52,655 nucleotides of DNA, taken from an uncultured Gammaproteobacteria bacterium (GTDB taxonomy: Bacteria > Pseudomonadota > Gammaproteobacteria > Steroidobacterales > Rariloculaceae). The notes under the pieces are model-generated. The model did no database searches. It worked only from the letters and a program-made list of their open reading frames with translations, and was not told the origin of the DNA. The position numbers and the translations under genes are program-made. The DNA is taken from assembly GCA_913041665.1 (NCBI GenBank), contig CAJWKT010000001.1, positions 1 through 52,655 on the forward strand, written 5' to 3'. Shown here one piece after another: positions 24,189 to 34,636 of this stretch. Positions within the stretch are counted from its first letter, which is position 1, and each line of letters begins with the position of its first letter.

Positions 24189-25476
24189 CGGCCTTACCGG
24201 TTCAGCATCAAGAGCGATGGCAGCGAGGGTCTGCGCCCGGATTCTCAGGGACGGAATTACGGCTGAAAAAGCGATTAATGAAATAGATTCCTCAGATTCA
24301 CGAGACCAAGGTTTGATCCGCGCATTTGTGTTCGGCACCTTGCGTTGGTATCACCGTTTACAGTGGCAGCTTGATCAGTTGCTCAGTCGCCCCTTAGATC
24401 AGCGTGAGGTAGAACTAGCGGCACTGATGCGTTTGGGTTTGTTTCAGTTGCAATGGATGCGTATCCCAGATCATGCAGCAGTTTCTGCAACGGTCGCCGC
24501 TGCAGATCTTTTGGGTAAAGCTCGCACCCGGGGTCTTGTTAACGCGGTGCTTAGGCGTTTTCTGCGTGAAGCGGAAGAATTCCAGAGGGCACTCCAAGAC
24601 AGCCCGGAGGCTCTTTATAGTCATCCTTTATGGCTTCTTGAAATGGTTAGAGACGACTGGATGGATAATTGGCAGGAAATTGTTACAGCAAATAATGAGC
24701 ATCCCCCTATGTGGCTTAGGGTCAATTTGTCTCGAGTTACACGAAGAGAGTACATGCTCCATCTTAACGAGGCTGGAATTTCAGCCTCAACGGTACCAGG
24801 AGTTGGACCCGGCGCTCTCCTTTTAGAGGCACCTCAGCCAGCGGGGAGTTTGCCTGGCTTTAAAGAGGGGTTAGTTTCGATTCAAGATGGGGCAGCCCAG
24901 TTTGCTGCGGGGTTTCTTGGAATTGAACCAGGACACCGAGTACTAGATGCTTGCGCAGCACCAGGTGGAAAAACAGCACAGATTCTGGAGACTTGCGTAG
25001 GCTTGGGCCAGCTTCTTGCCCTTGACCGAGACCAATACCGTTTACAAAGTCTAGCTGAGAACTTGGATCGACTGGAATTGCAAGGAACATTGCGTCACGC
25101 GGATGCTACTCGGCCGAGCGATTGGTGGGACGGTGAACCTTTTCAACGTATCCTGATCGATGCGCCATGCAGCGCAGTAGGTGTTATTAGGAGACACCCG
25201 GATATAAAAATTTTGCGCCGAGCCAACGATATGGAAGAGATTGTTCTGGAACAGGCTAAGCTGTTACGTACTCTTTGGCCTCTACTTAGTGTCGGTGGCC
25301 GTCTTCTTTACGCTACATGCACTGTCCTTAAGAATGAGAATCATTATCAGATTGAGCGATTTTTGCGCGAAACTCCCGATGCTCACGCGATTAGGCAGAA
25401 ATTTGAACGCCAAATAATGCCGGGGGAGGCGAATATGGACGGGTTCTATTATGCTTCAATTGAGAAAAAGCATTAA
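24175..25476 (+). CDS. rsmB: 16S rRNA (cytosine967-C5)-methyltransferase
   Basis: NusB-like N-terminal domain, SAM motif DACAAPGGKT, DAPCS and the ATCT catalytic Cys motifs. It follows fmt. Confidence 0.9.
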   Translation: MVANNGLTGSASRAMAARVCARILRDGITAEKAINEIDSSDSRDQGLIRAFVFGTLRWYHRLQWQLDQLLSRPLDQREVELAALMRLGLFQLQWMRIPDHAAVSATVAAADLLGKARTRGLVNAVLRRFLREAEEFQRALQDSPEALYSHPLWLLEMVRDDWMDNWQEIVTANNEHPPMWLRVNLSRVTRREYMLHLNEAGISASTVPGVGPGALLLEAPQPAGSLPGFKEGLVSIQDGAAQFAAGFLGIEPGHRVLDACAAPGGKTAQILETCVGLGQLLALDRDQYRLQSLAENLDRLELQGTLRHADATRPSDWWDGEPFQRILIDAPCSAVGVIRRHPDIKILRRANDMEEIVLEQAKLLRTLWPLLSVGGRLLYATCTVLKNENHYQIERFLRETPDAHAIRQKFERQIMPGEANMDGFYYASIEKKH

Positions 25477-25487
25477 TTGGAAAAACA

Positions 25488-26105
25488 TTGAGCATAGCTT
25501 CAAATCTTTGCGAATGGCTTGCTAAGCGATGGTTGACCCTATTTTTCATGATGGTGTTCCTGGTCTTTGGGTTGGGAGGTTTTTCTGGGCTGGCCCATTC
25601 TCAGGCAGACCCCGGCCGATTTGAAGTTCGGTCAGCTAGCACAGATTTTCGTGCAGGGGTTTGTTTTTTAAATGCACTGGTGGAGTATCGTCTGTCTTCT
25701 GACGCAAGAAATGCACTGGATTCTGGAGTTACATTAGCTATACAGCTTGATGTCGAGGTTTTAGAGCGCCGACGCTTTTGGCTTGACCTGGAGGATGCAA
25801 GTTTAGAACAGCTCTACCAACTGGAACGAGACGCGTTGAGTGAGCGCTACATCGTCAGAAATCTGAATAGCGGAGAGCAGCTCTCCTTTGCCACTTTGTT
25901 TTCCGCGTTGAATTATCTAGGGCGAATAAACGATTTGCCGGTGATTGATGTCGCGTTGCTAGATAACGACGAGCAGTATGACATGCGAATTCGGGTTGGA
26001 CTTAACACAGAAGATTTTCCTGGTCCCTTGCGGTTCCTTTCTTTTATGCGCCGCAAATGGTCGCTTAAAAGCGACTGGTATAGATGGGAACTGGAAAGAA
26101 GTTGA
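25488..26105 (+). CDS. DUF4390 domain-containing protein
   Basis: Signal/TM N-terminus. Position between rsmB and ntrY and the sequence pattern (RRRFWLD ... LSERYIVRNL ... ) fit DUF4390 as I recall it. TTG start. Confidence 0.6.
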   Translation: MSIASNLCEWLAKRWLTLFFMMVFLVFGLGGFSGLAHSQADPGRFEVRSASTDFRAGVCFLNALVEYRLSSDARNALDSGVTLAIQLDVEVLERRRFWLDLEDASLEQLYQLERDALSERYIVRNLNSGEQLSFATLFSALNYLGRINDLPVIDVALLDNDEQYDMRIRVGLNTEDFPGPLRFLSFMRRKWSLKSDWYRWELERS

Positions 26106-28309
26106 AAAGAGCACTATATGCATTAGTTCTTACGGTTGGAGTACTTCTTTGGCTCTCGGCGCTGCTTCTATTCAGTCAAACTACCCAGAATTCTGAGGAA
26201 TTCAGCCGCCTTCAAAACTGGATATTATCTATTAACCTTTTTGGTGCGGTAGTTTTGTTGCTCTTGATTTTTGGAAATCTTATGAAGCTGGTGCGCGAAC
26301 ATCGGCGACATGTTCCTGGATCTCGTCTCAAAGCACGGATGGTCACATTACTTGTGGTTCTCGCAGTAACTCCCTTGCTGGTGATTTATCTCTTCGCAAT
26401 TCAATTCATCAATCGCGGCATTGATAGCTGGTTTAATGTGGATGTTGAGCAGGGACTTAGTAACGCACTGGAACTCAGTCAGACGGTGCTAGATATTCAG
26501 ATGCGGCAATATCTGGATGAGGTAGAGAGCATGGCAGCACGCCTTGCTAGCAGTGGGTACACAGACATCGTTGGCGAGTTAAGTGATCTGAGGCGCGAAA
26601 GCCAAGCTGGGGAGCTCACAATTTTTACTACGAACGATCAAATTCTTGCGACAAGTTCGGGGAATTCCTCTGTTGGAGTTCCGAGATATCCTAGCGATGA
26701 AATAGTACTGCAACTTAGGCAGGGGCGCTCTTATGTCGGGCTTGAGCCCGGCTTAGAGGGCGACTACGAGATTTTGACCGCAATTAATATTATGTCCAGA
26801 TTTCCAGGCGGGGAGAAGACTATACTGCAAGCTTCATTCCCTGTGGAACAACGCCTTAGCGAATTGGCCAATCAGGTTCAGGCCAGCTATGACCAGTATA
26901 GGGTTTTGTCTTTTCTAAGGGACCCGCTTAAATCTGGGTTTACAATAACACTCAGCCTCGTCTTATTGATCGCGTTGCTTGCCGCTGTGTATGGTGCTTT
27001 TTTTTCGGCTCAGCGTTTGGTAGTCCCAATCCAACAATTGATGGCAGGTACTCGGGCCGTTGCTCGAGGTGATTTCGACACTTTGTTACCCACTCCAAGC
27101 CATGACGAAATTGGGTTTTTGGTTAGGTCGTTTAACGATATGACGCGCCGACTTTCTAAAGCAAGCGAAGAGGCACGCTCAGGACAGCAACAAGTAGAAA
27201 GTGAAAGAAAAAAACTAGAAGTTATTTTGGCTAGATTAAAGACTGGAGTGGTCTCCCTAGAATCCAATCTAAAAATTCGAACAGCTAACCAAGCTGCCAG
27301 CACCATACTCGGTGTAGATTTAGAATCGCACGTCGGAGAACAACTGAGTGTGCTAGCAGACTCTAAGCCTCTGTTGGCTGAATTTCTAGCAGTTAACGCA
27401 GCTCATTTAAAGAAAGGAGAAAGCGAATGGCGGGAGCAAATTATACAAGAAGGTGAAGTTGGTCGCCGAGTTCTGATGTGTGCCTGCACAGCGTTGCCAA
27501 GCGAGGGGGATTATCCGGGCGGGTATGTCGTTGTGTTTGATGAAATTACCGCGTTGCTTGAAGCCCAGCGGGATGCAGCTTGGGGCGAAGTAGCAAGGCG
27601 ACTAGCTCACGAGATTAAAAATCCGCTGACACCGATACAACTATCTGCCGAACGATTACGTCGACGCTTCTTGCCTACTCAATCTTCTGATACCGAGCTA
27701 CTCAACCGGGCAACCCATACCATCATTCAGCAAGTAGAGGCCATGAAGGACATGGTAAATGCGTTTAGCGAGTATGCTAGAACACCTCAAATAGAGTTAA
27801 CTCAGTTCGATTTAAATGATTTATTGATGGAGGTTGCAGAGTTATACAGACATCAAGATGAACCGCTTAAGGTTTATTTAGATCTTGATAACGATCTCCC
27901 TCTCGTACAAGCAGACCCAGGTCGCATGCGACAGGTTTTTCACAATTTAATTAGGAATGCGCTGGAGGCAGTGGAGAATCAGAATGGCGCAAGAATAGAT
28001 ATTTGCACGCGATATATTAAGGGCGAATTAGAGGCAGCAGAAATCAAAGTTTCAGATAATGGACCTGGATTCCATGGGGATATCGTACGACAGGCATTTG
28101 AGCCTTATGTTACGAGCAAGGCTAAAGGTACGGGACTCGGTCTTGCAATTGTCAAAAAACTAGTAGACGAGCATGGTGGGCGAATTACGGCCTGCAATGG
28201 GGAGCGGGGAGGGGCAGAGATAAGTATACTTATACCCATAATAGAAAAATCCGGCAATGCAACTGTGATACGCAGGCGCCGACAAAAAAATTGGAGTGAA
28301 GGCGCGTGA
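26084..28309 (+). CDS. ntrY: Sensor histidine kinase, NtrY-like
   Basis: N-terminal TM helices, HAMP (VPIQQLMAGTRAVARGDFD...FNDMTRRL), a PAS-like region, the H-box HEIKNPLTPIQLSAERLRR typical of NtrY, and N and G boxes (DNGPGF, GTGLGLAIVKK). Confidence 0.85.
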   Translation: MGTGKKLKRALYALVLTVGVLLWLSALLLFSQTTQNSEEFSRLQNWILSINLFGAVVLLLLIFGNLMKLVREHRRHVPGSRLKARMVTLLVVLAVTPLLVIYLFAIQFINRGIDSWFNVDVEQGLSNALELSQTVLDIQMRQYLDEVESMAARLASSGYTDIVGELSDLRRESQAGELTIFTTNDQILATSSGNSSVGVPRYPSDEIVLQLRQGRSYVGLEPGLEGDYEILTAINIMSRFPGGEKTILQASFPVEQRLSELANQVQASYDQYRVLSFLRDPLKSGFTITLSLVLLIALLAAVYGAFFSAQRLVVPIQQLMAGTRAVARGDFDTLLPTPSHDEIGFLVRSFNDMTRRLSKASEEARSGQQQVESERKKLEVILARLKTGVVSLESNLKIRTANQAASTILGVDLESHVGEQLSVLADSKPLLAEFLAVNAAHLKKGESEWREQIIQEGEVGRRVLMCACTALPSEGDYPGGYVVVFDEITALLEAQRDAAWGEVARRLAHEIKNPLTPIQLSAERLRRRFLPTQSSDTELLNRATHTIIQQVEAMKDMVNAFSEYARTPQIELTQFDLNDLLMEVAELYRHQDEPLKVYLDLDNDLPLVQADPGRMRQVFHNLIRNALEAVENQNGARIDICTRYIKGELEAAEIKVSDNGPGFHGDIVRQAFEPYVTSKAKGTGLGLAIVKKLVDEHGGRITACNGERGGAEISILIPIIEKSGNATVIRRRRQKNWSEGA

Positions 28310-29655
28310 AGAAGGCCTCTATCTTAGTCGTTGATGACGAATCAAATATCCGGTTGCTTTTAGAAGAAATTCTTACGGAAGAAGGCTATCAAGTTACTAC
28401 TGCTTCAAATGCTGCTGAGGCTAGGGATGCCAGACTTTCAGAAGAATACGATCTTATACTTTTAGATATCTGGATGCCGGAAACCGACGGTATTTCTTTG
28501 CTCAAAGAGTGGGCAAAAAAGGGATCGCTGGAACCGGTTGTCATAATGTCAGGTCATGGCACGGTCGACACGGCAGTGGAAGCTACAAGACTTGGTGCAG
28601 TTGACTATATAGAGAAACCAGTATCACTCGTAAAGTTACTTAAAACGATAGATAAGGCTCTTTTACACATACGTACCAAGAAGGGGCAGCGAGGGAAATT
28701 GGTGCCGCCTTCGTTAACGCCCGTGGGGAAAAGTAAAGTTATGCAGGCTCTTCGTGATCAGGTTGCACAAGTTGCCAAGTATGATTCAAATGTACTGTTA
28801 GTTGGAGAGCCGGGCAGTGGAAGGGAGATGGTTGCGCGATACTTGGCAAGTTTTAGTGACCGTGCTACTGAGCCGTTTGTGACGATTATGGCTGAGGCGT
28901 TAAACAATGAAAATGAAGGCCTATCTTTTTCTAGAAGCATCGAAAATCCGAGTGCGATTGATCGTGCTCAGGGCGGAATACTTTTCATTAATGAAATTGA
29001 AAAAATGCCTTTGCACGCGCAGAATTCATTTTCAGATATTTTAAAGCAAGCAAAGACTAAACCTAGCAACAAAAGCGAGGAAAAGTTTTTTGATGTACGG
29101 ATAATATCAAGCGCAGATTCAGATTTTGAAAGCAATCTTGCGGGTTTTATGCGGGAGTTATTAAGTGAATTAAGCACCGTAATGATCCGTATTCCGCCGC
29201 TACGACTATATGCTGAAGACGTTCCAGAGTTGTTGCGCTACAACGTTGAAATGTTGGTGGATTCCAAAAACTTTCCGTTCAGACGCTTTAGTGTTGCAGC
29301 CCAGAACAGGCTTCGCAATTATCCATGGCCTGGAAATATACGTGAACTAAAGAATATGGTTAGTCGCCTTTTGATTCTCGGTGGTGGCGATGAAGTTACT
29401 CTTGAAGAGGTCGAGACTGAGCTTGCAGGCCAAATCACGGAAAATCAAGATCTTATTAAGCTAGATTTTTTAAGTATGCCTTTAAGAGAAGCTCGTGAAC
29501 ATTTCGAGCGGGCTTATCTACAGCAGCAGTTAATTCTCTCTGGCGGAAAGGTGGGTCAACTCGCGAAGCGAGTTGGTATGGAGCGAACACACCTGTATCG
29601 AAAGTTACGATCCCTTGGAGTTAATTTTCGAAATATCACCGCAAACAATAAATGA
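28306..29655 (+). CDS. ntrX: NtrX-like response regulator (REC, degenerate AAA+ and Fis-type HTH)
   Basis: REC domain (ILVVDDE, LLDIWMP). AAA+ region with GEPGSGRE and ILFINEIEKM, no GAFTGA motif, and WPGNIRELKN. C-terminal HTH VGMERTHLYRKLRSLGV. There is a 4-nt overlap with ntrY. Confidence 0.8.
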   Translation: MKKASILVVDDESNIRLLLEEILTEEGYQVTTASNAAEARDARLSEEYDLILLDIWMPETDGISLLKEWAKKGSLEPVVIMSGHGTVDTAVEATRLGAVDYIEKPVSLVKLLKTIDKALLHIRTKKGQRGKLVPPSLTPVGKSKVMQALRDQVAQVAKYDSNVLLVGEPGSGREMVARYLASFSDRATEPFVTIMAEALNNENEGLSFSRSIENPSAIDRAQGGILFINEIEKMPLHAQNSFSDILKQAKTKPSNKSEEKFFDVRIISSADSDFESNLAGFMRELLSELSTVMIRIPPLRLYAEDVPELLRYNVEMLVDSKNFPFRRFSVAAQNRLRNYPWPGNIRELKNMVSRLLILGGGDEVTLEEVETELAGQITENQDLIKLDFLSMPLREAREHFERAYLQQQLILSGGKVGQLAKRVGMERTHLYRKLRSLGVNFRNITANNK

Positions 29656-29763
29656 ATCACTAGTACTCTGTTGGTTTGTTGAATCATTGTTCCCGAAAAT
29701 TGCAGTAACCCTCTGAGTCTGTAGTTAATGGACTAACCGTGTTTGAAAACATGAAATATTTTT

Positions 29764-30297
29764 TCAGTCCCTAGTAGATACCTCAAGAATCTCAACACCG
29801 GCACTCTCAAGCTGCTGTCGCAATGCTCTCAGTATTGCCAGATCAGTTATTGGACCCATTCGAACCCTGTGAAATACATCATCCTTGATTGTTACCCCCT
29901 CAATGTAGGATGGGATGTTTAAAAGCGCTAGGCTAGATTGAATACGAAGTGCGTCAGTGCGCTCTGCGAATGCGCCAGCCTGGATTATGTAATGTCCGGA
30001 TTCGGTTGGCGTGGCAGGATTTTCACGCGAACTATTTAAGAGTTTTTGGTCCGGAATTACGACCTCGAATTGGGATTGGGATAGCACGTCATAAAAATCA
30101 AAACGCTTTGCCGGGTGATCAATTTCAGATTGGGCTGAGTTGTGCAAAATTTGAGTGACCGTTTCTTGGGTCGAATCTAAAGCATCTGGAACGATTGAGT
30201 CCTTTTGAGCGATAAGATAGATGGCGGTGGCCGAAATTAAACCCAGGCCGAAACCAGAAAGCAGCCACTTAAAATTCATTATGCTGTTTGTGGCCAT
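29764..30297 (-). CDS. SPOR domain-containing protein (cell-division/peptidoglycan binding)
   Basis: An N-terminal TM helix and a C-terminal ~75 aa (YIIQAGAFAERTDALRIQSSLAL...FHRVRMGPI) with the SPOR pattern. It lies downstream of argS, as in Pseudomonas-type synteny. Confidence 0.7.
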   Translation of the reverse strand: MATNSIMNFKWLLSGFGLGLISATAIYLIAQKDSIVPDALDSTQETVTQILHNSAQSEIDHPAKRFDFYDVLSQSQFEVVIPDQKLLNSSRENPATPTESGHYIIQAGAFAERTDALRIQSSLALLNIPSYIEGVTIKDDVFHRVRMGPITDLAILRALRQQLESAGVEILEVSTRD

Positions 30298-30335
30298 ATC
30301 TAAGGAGCTTTAAAAATCTGTACTATCAATTCGTA

Positions 30336-32087
30336 TTACATCTTTTCGGGCGTGGACACCCCTAGCAGGGTAAGTCCATTATGTATTATTTGTTGGGTAG
30401 CTAGTATCAAGACTACTCGAGCTTTACGGAGAACGGGGTCGTCGACAAGTACTCGGTGCGCATTATAGTAGGAATGAAAGCATGCCGCGGTATCTCGGAG
30501 GTAGTGGACTACGTGTTGGGGTGCCCTTTTGTCCGATGCTAGCTGAACAACTTCTGGGTAGCGACTCAGAGCTACCATAAGACTATGTTCAGTTGCCTCA
30601 GTTAGTCGGTTAAGGGCTAAATTCTTAGTAGACTGAAAGTCGATATTCGGCTCTTTCATTTGACGCAACATACTAGCTATGCGCGCGTGAGCATATTGGA
30701 TGTAATAAACGGGGTTGTCATTAGACTGTGTTTTCGCCAATTCTAGATCAAAGTCGAGATGTTGGTCATTGGAACGAGAGACGTAGAAAAAACGGGCGGC
30801 GTCGTTCCCTACTTCTTCTCTGAGTTCCCGCAAAGTCACATACTCACCTGTCCGAGTTGACATTTGAACTTTGACTTGTCCGCGGTACAGGGTTACGAAC
30901 TGAACGAGTAGTGACTCGAAACATTCGGCAGGTTCTCCCATGGCTTGTAGTCCCGCCCTAATCCGTGCAACGTAACCATGATGATCTGCACCAAGCACGT
31001 CCAGAAGGTGCGTATAGTCACGCTTCCTCTTGTCATAGTGGTAGGCGATATCCGAAGCAAAATAGGTTTTTGCCCCGTTTTCACGTACGACAACTCTATC
31101 CTTCTCATCACCGTAGTTGCTGGAGCGGAACCACGTGGCTCCATTTTTCTCGTAAATCATTTTTTTCTTTTTTAGAGATGTAAGGGCGCGTTCAATAGCA
31201 TTGCTTTCTGCTAGACTAGTTTCGGAATACCAGTGTTTAGGTTTGACTCCAAATGATGCTAAGTCTTCTTTGATATCTTTTAAAACAGTCTCAAGACTAA
31301 GTTTGAGCACCGTATTGAATTGCTTAAGACCAATTAGGTTTTTTATATTCTGAATGATGAGATCTAATTGCTTTTCTGGATCTTTATTGGGGTGTTCTAT
31401 TATTTTTTTTAAATCGTTCGAGTCAGGAAGGAAATCTCTACCTCGAAAATTATTTAGGGTCCCAGCGATCTCTTTCACATAGTTACCCTGGTAAGCATTT
31501 TCTGGGAAGGGCATGAATTGACCATACAGCTCTGTATAACGGAACCAAACGCTAATTGTCAGAATGTCCATTTGTCGGCCTGCGTCGTTCACGTAATATT
31601 CTTCATGAACATCGTGGCCAGTCGCGCGCAACAGGTTTGAAATCGAAGCCCCATAAGCTGCGTGTCGGCCGTGTCCGACATGGAGCGGCCCTGTGGGATT
31701 AGCAGACACATATTCAACTAATACGCGGCAGTTGGCTCCGGTATCCGAAGAGCCGTATCTTTCGCCTGCTTTGAGGATTAAAGTTATCTCTTCGTGATAC
31801 GCGGTTGCGGCCACGGTGAAATTAATAAAGCCGGGACCAGCTATTTCAACCTTTTCCACCAGTGGTGAGGGTCTTAGCGATTCAACAACCTCTTCTGCAA
31901 AAGCTCTTGGTTCCTGATTGAGGGATTTCGCTAATCGGAGGGCTATGTTAGTAGAAAAATCTCCGTGCTTAGAATCTTTGGTGCGTTCCAGTTGACACCC
32001 ATGGGTAGCAACCTTTTCGAGTCCCCCTGGTATTGGAAGACTAGCCAGTGCCTCCCTCAACAGTGTGTCCAGTTGAATCCGTAACAT
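30336..32087 (-). CDS. argS: Arginine--tRNA ligase
   Basis: SANPTGPLHVGHGR (HIGH) and MSTRTG (KMSKS-equivalent), plus the DALR anticodon-binding C-terminus. I prefer the start at ATG 32087 (MLRIQLD); the track ORF extends to 32120. Confidence 0.92.
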   Translation of the reverse strand: MLRIQLDTLLREALASLPIPGGLEKVATHGCQLERTKDSKHGDFSTNIALRLAKSLNQEPRAFAEEVVESLRPSPLVEKVEIAGPGFINFTVAATAYHEEITLILKAGERYGSSDTGANCRVLVEYVSANPTGPLHVGHGRHAAYGASISNLLRATGHDVHEEYYVNDAGRQMDILTISVWFRYTELYGQFMPFPENAYQGNYVKEIAGTLNNFRGRDFLPDSNDLKKIIEHPNKDPEKQLDLIIQNIKNLIGLKQFNTVLKLSLETVLKDIKEDLASFGVKPKHWYSETSLAESNAIERALTSLKKKKMIYEKNGATWFRSSNYGDEKDRVVVRENGAKTYFASDIAYHYDKRKRDYTHLLDVLGADHHGYVARIRAGLQAMGEPAECFESLLVQFVTLYRGQVKVQMSTRTGEYVTLRELREEVGNDAARFFYVSRSNDQHLDFDLELAKTQSNDNPVYYIQYAHARIASMLRQMKEPNIDFQSTKNLALNRLTEATEHSLMVALSRYPEVVQLASDKRAPQHVVHYLRDTAACFHSYYNAHRVLVDDPVLRKARVVLILATQQIIHNGLTLLGVSTPEKM

Positions 32088-32310
32088 ATTTGTCCACATT
32101 CGAAAGCAGGATTCTGCCATAAGGCGTTACCCTGCATACTCTAATCACTTAACTATTGCGGGTAGCATAAACGTTTGGCACTGAATGAAAAAATCATTCG
32201 TCATGTTTCTGTATCAAATTCTGGAAAATTGCTTACTAAATAGTGCTTGCAAAGCCCAGTTTTTAGTAGTGCCGAGCCACCTTATGTCTATGTCAATTAC
32301 AAAATAGGAA

Positions 32311-34320
32311 TTAAAGTTCTATGGGGTCAACGTCAATTGCCCATCTCACGCGGCGGCTGGATGGCCACGATCTCACGTGAGCAATTGTGGAACTGAGGAA
32401 ACTGCGAAGAAGTAGACGATCCGAGCTTTGGAATAGAAGTTGTGCCCGGTAACGCCCAGCACGCCTTTCCATAATTGCTGGCGCAGGCCCGAATATATCC
32501 ACATCGTCAGTTTTGCTTTTTACTACTTGGGCTCGCACCTTATTTAAGAATCGGAATACGGGTTGTTTTTGCGCCGCTTCAGCTCTAAAAACCGCAAGCC
32601 TTGAAAACGGAGGCCAGCCAGCCTCACGCCTTTCCTGAAGTATCCATTCAGCTACCGAAGCGTAGTCTTGTTGAAGGAGTTGGGTGAGTAATGGGTGTTG
32701 AGGACAGTGAGTTTGGATAAGTACCTCGCCAGCCCGATCCCGTCTCCCCGCGCGCCCGGCCACTTGAAGTATTGTTTGCGCGAGTTGTTCTGAGCTACGG
32801 AAATCTGTTCCGAAGAGGCCTTGATCTGCGTTGAGAACACCGACAAGGGTAACGCCAGGAAAATCATGCCCTTTGGTTAGCATTTGGGTACCAACGAGGA
32901 TTTGAATTTCACCTCCGTGAACACTGGCTAACAACTGATCCAGAGACCCCTTACGAATTGTTGCATCACGATCTAATCGTGCGATTTGAGCATCTGGGAA
33001 CAGCGCTTTAAGCTCATCCGTTATTCGCTGGGTGCCTGATCCTACGGCAACACGCTCTGTATTACATAATGCACACGACCAGGTGATAGGCAATGTAGTG
33101 CCACAGTGATGGCAGCAAAGCCTGCCCTTTCGTGCGTGAATTGTCATATGAGCATCACAACGAGGACAGGATTCTGAGCTGTGACATCCAGGACAAAATA
33201 GAGTGGGTGCAAAGCCCCGCCGGTTAAGAAACAAAAGGATTTGGTTTCCTTTGGCTAGATGGGTTTCGATTGAGGTTACTAACGGTGTTGAGATGCCGTG
33301 GCGGGTCGCGTGCTGGTTAAGGTCAATCATGCGAATGCTGGGGGCACCCGCCGATCCAATCCTTCTAGGCATAGTTAATAATTTGTATCGATTTATTAAA
33401 GCATTTTTATAACTCTCTAGTGACGGTGTAGCAGATGCAAGAATTATGGGTATGTTCAGTTTTTGTGCACGGAGGACTGCAAAGTCTCGGGCCGAGTATT
33501 TAAACCCGTCTTGTTGTTTGAAAGAGGAATCATGTTCCTCATCGATAATAATAAGGCCGGGGTGAACTAGGGGGGAGAACACCGCAGAACGTGTTCCCAC
33601 CAAAACTAACGCGTTTCCGTTTCTTGCTTTCAGCCAAGCGTTTAGGCGCTCTCTCGGTGAAAGATGTGAATGCATCAGAGCAAGTTCGGCACCGAAGCGC
33701 TCATTGAGGCGACTGACCAGTTGCGGTGTCAGGCCAATTTCGGGAACCAGGAGTAGAATTTGTCGACCTTCATTTAAATGTCCGGCTATAAGATTGAGAT
33801 AGATCTCAGTCTTGCCACTTCCGGTGACTCCCATGAGCAAAAAGGCCCTGTATCCGTTGGGGTGCTTTTTAATAGTGTTAAGCACTAAACGTTGGTCTGT
33901 GGTCAGTTTTGGTCCCTTTCCTCTGTTAATGGGCTTGGGTGGTTCTTTAGGGGCCGGTGATGGTTTGGCCGGAAGTTCCAAAGAGCGCCCTTTGCGCAGG
34001 AGCGTTGGTAGCGCGTGGGTCAATACTTCGCCTATCGGATGCTGGTAGTATTCGGCTGCCCACAGTAGATTGTTAAAGAGCTCCTGAGCAATTACTGGTT
34101 CAGGATCGATGCGCTCAAGAATGGTTTTTAGTCGTCTGCCCTCCACGGGGCTTTCCTCGGGATATCCTAAAACGATACCTACCTTTTCATCTCTCCCAAA
34201 AGGAACTCGAACTCTGCAGCCCAGGGGCGGGGGCATATCTGGACCAGGCCAATGGTAATCAAAGCCGCCAGCCAGAGGTACTGGTATGGCTACTCGGACG
34301 AGTTGCTGTAATGGGCTCAT
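32311..34320 (-). CDS. priA: Primosomal protein N' (replication restart helicase)
   Basis: Walker A GVTGSGKTE, DEEHD, and a Cys-rich zinc-binding insert CPGCHSSESCPRCDAHMTIHARKGRLCCHHCG...CALC. I prefer the start at ATG 34320 (MSPLQQLVRVAIPVPL); the track ORF extends to 34452. Confidence 0.9.
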   Translation of the reverse strand: MSPLQQLVRVAIPVPLAGGFDYHWPGPDMPPPLGCRVRVPFGRDEKVGIVLGYPEESPVEGRRLKTILERIDPEPVIAQELFNNLLWAAEYYQHPIGEVLTHALPTLLRKGRSLELPAKPSPAPKEPPKPINRGKGPKLTTDQRLVLNTIKKHPNGYRAFLLMGVTGSGKTEIYLNLIAGHLNEGRQILLLVPEIGLTPQLVSRLNERFGAELALMHSHLSPRERLNAWLKARNGNALVLVGTRSAVFSPLVHPGLIIIDEEHDSSFKQQDGFKYSARDFAVLRAQKLNIPIILASATPSLESYKNALINRYKLLTMPRRIGSAGAPSIRMIDLNQHATRHGISTPLVTSIETHLAKGNQILLFLNRRGFAPTLFCPGCHSSESCPRCDAHMTIHARKGRLCCHHCGTTLPITWSCALCNTERVAVGSGTQRITDELKALFPDAQIARLDRDATIRKGSLDQLLASVHGGEIQILVGTQMLTKGHDFPGVTLVGVLNADQGLFGTDFRSSEQLAQTILQVAGRAGRRDRAGEVLIQTHCPQHPLLTQLLQQDYASVAEWILQERREAGWPPFSRLAVFRAEAAQKQPVFRFLNKVRAQVVKSKTDDVDIFGPAPAIMERRAGRYRAQLLFQSSDRLLLRSFLSSTIAHVRSWPSSRRVRWAIDVDPIEL

Positions 34321-34636
34321 AGAATCATGTTTGTTCAGTTCATTGCCCTCAAGAGCGTTATCCAAAGATTGGAGTGAAATTTTTCTTCTTGCCCTATGGT
34401 TATTTATATTTGTGGAAAGTTCTTTATAGACTGAGACTTGCCTACTGTCCAAATAACCTGCTCTACAAAAATGGTCTGATTAGATTCTTTGCAATTGCAT
34501 TGCCGGTTGTGGGGCGCGTTCCCGGTGTTTACAATACGGACCGCGATACATTTGCAGGCCATTGTCAGTACGAAGACTTCCTTGGGTGCGCATGCGTACC
34601 TAAGTGAACGCTAAACAACCAATAGAGGAAGGCGTA

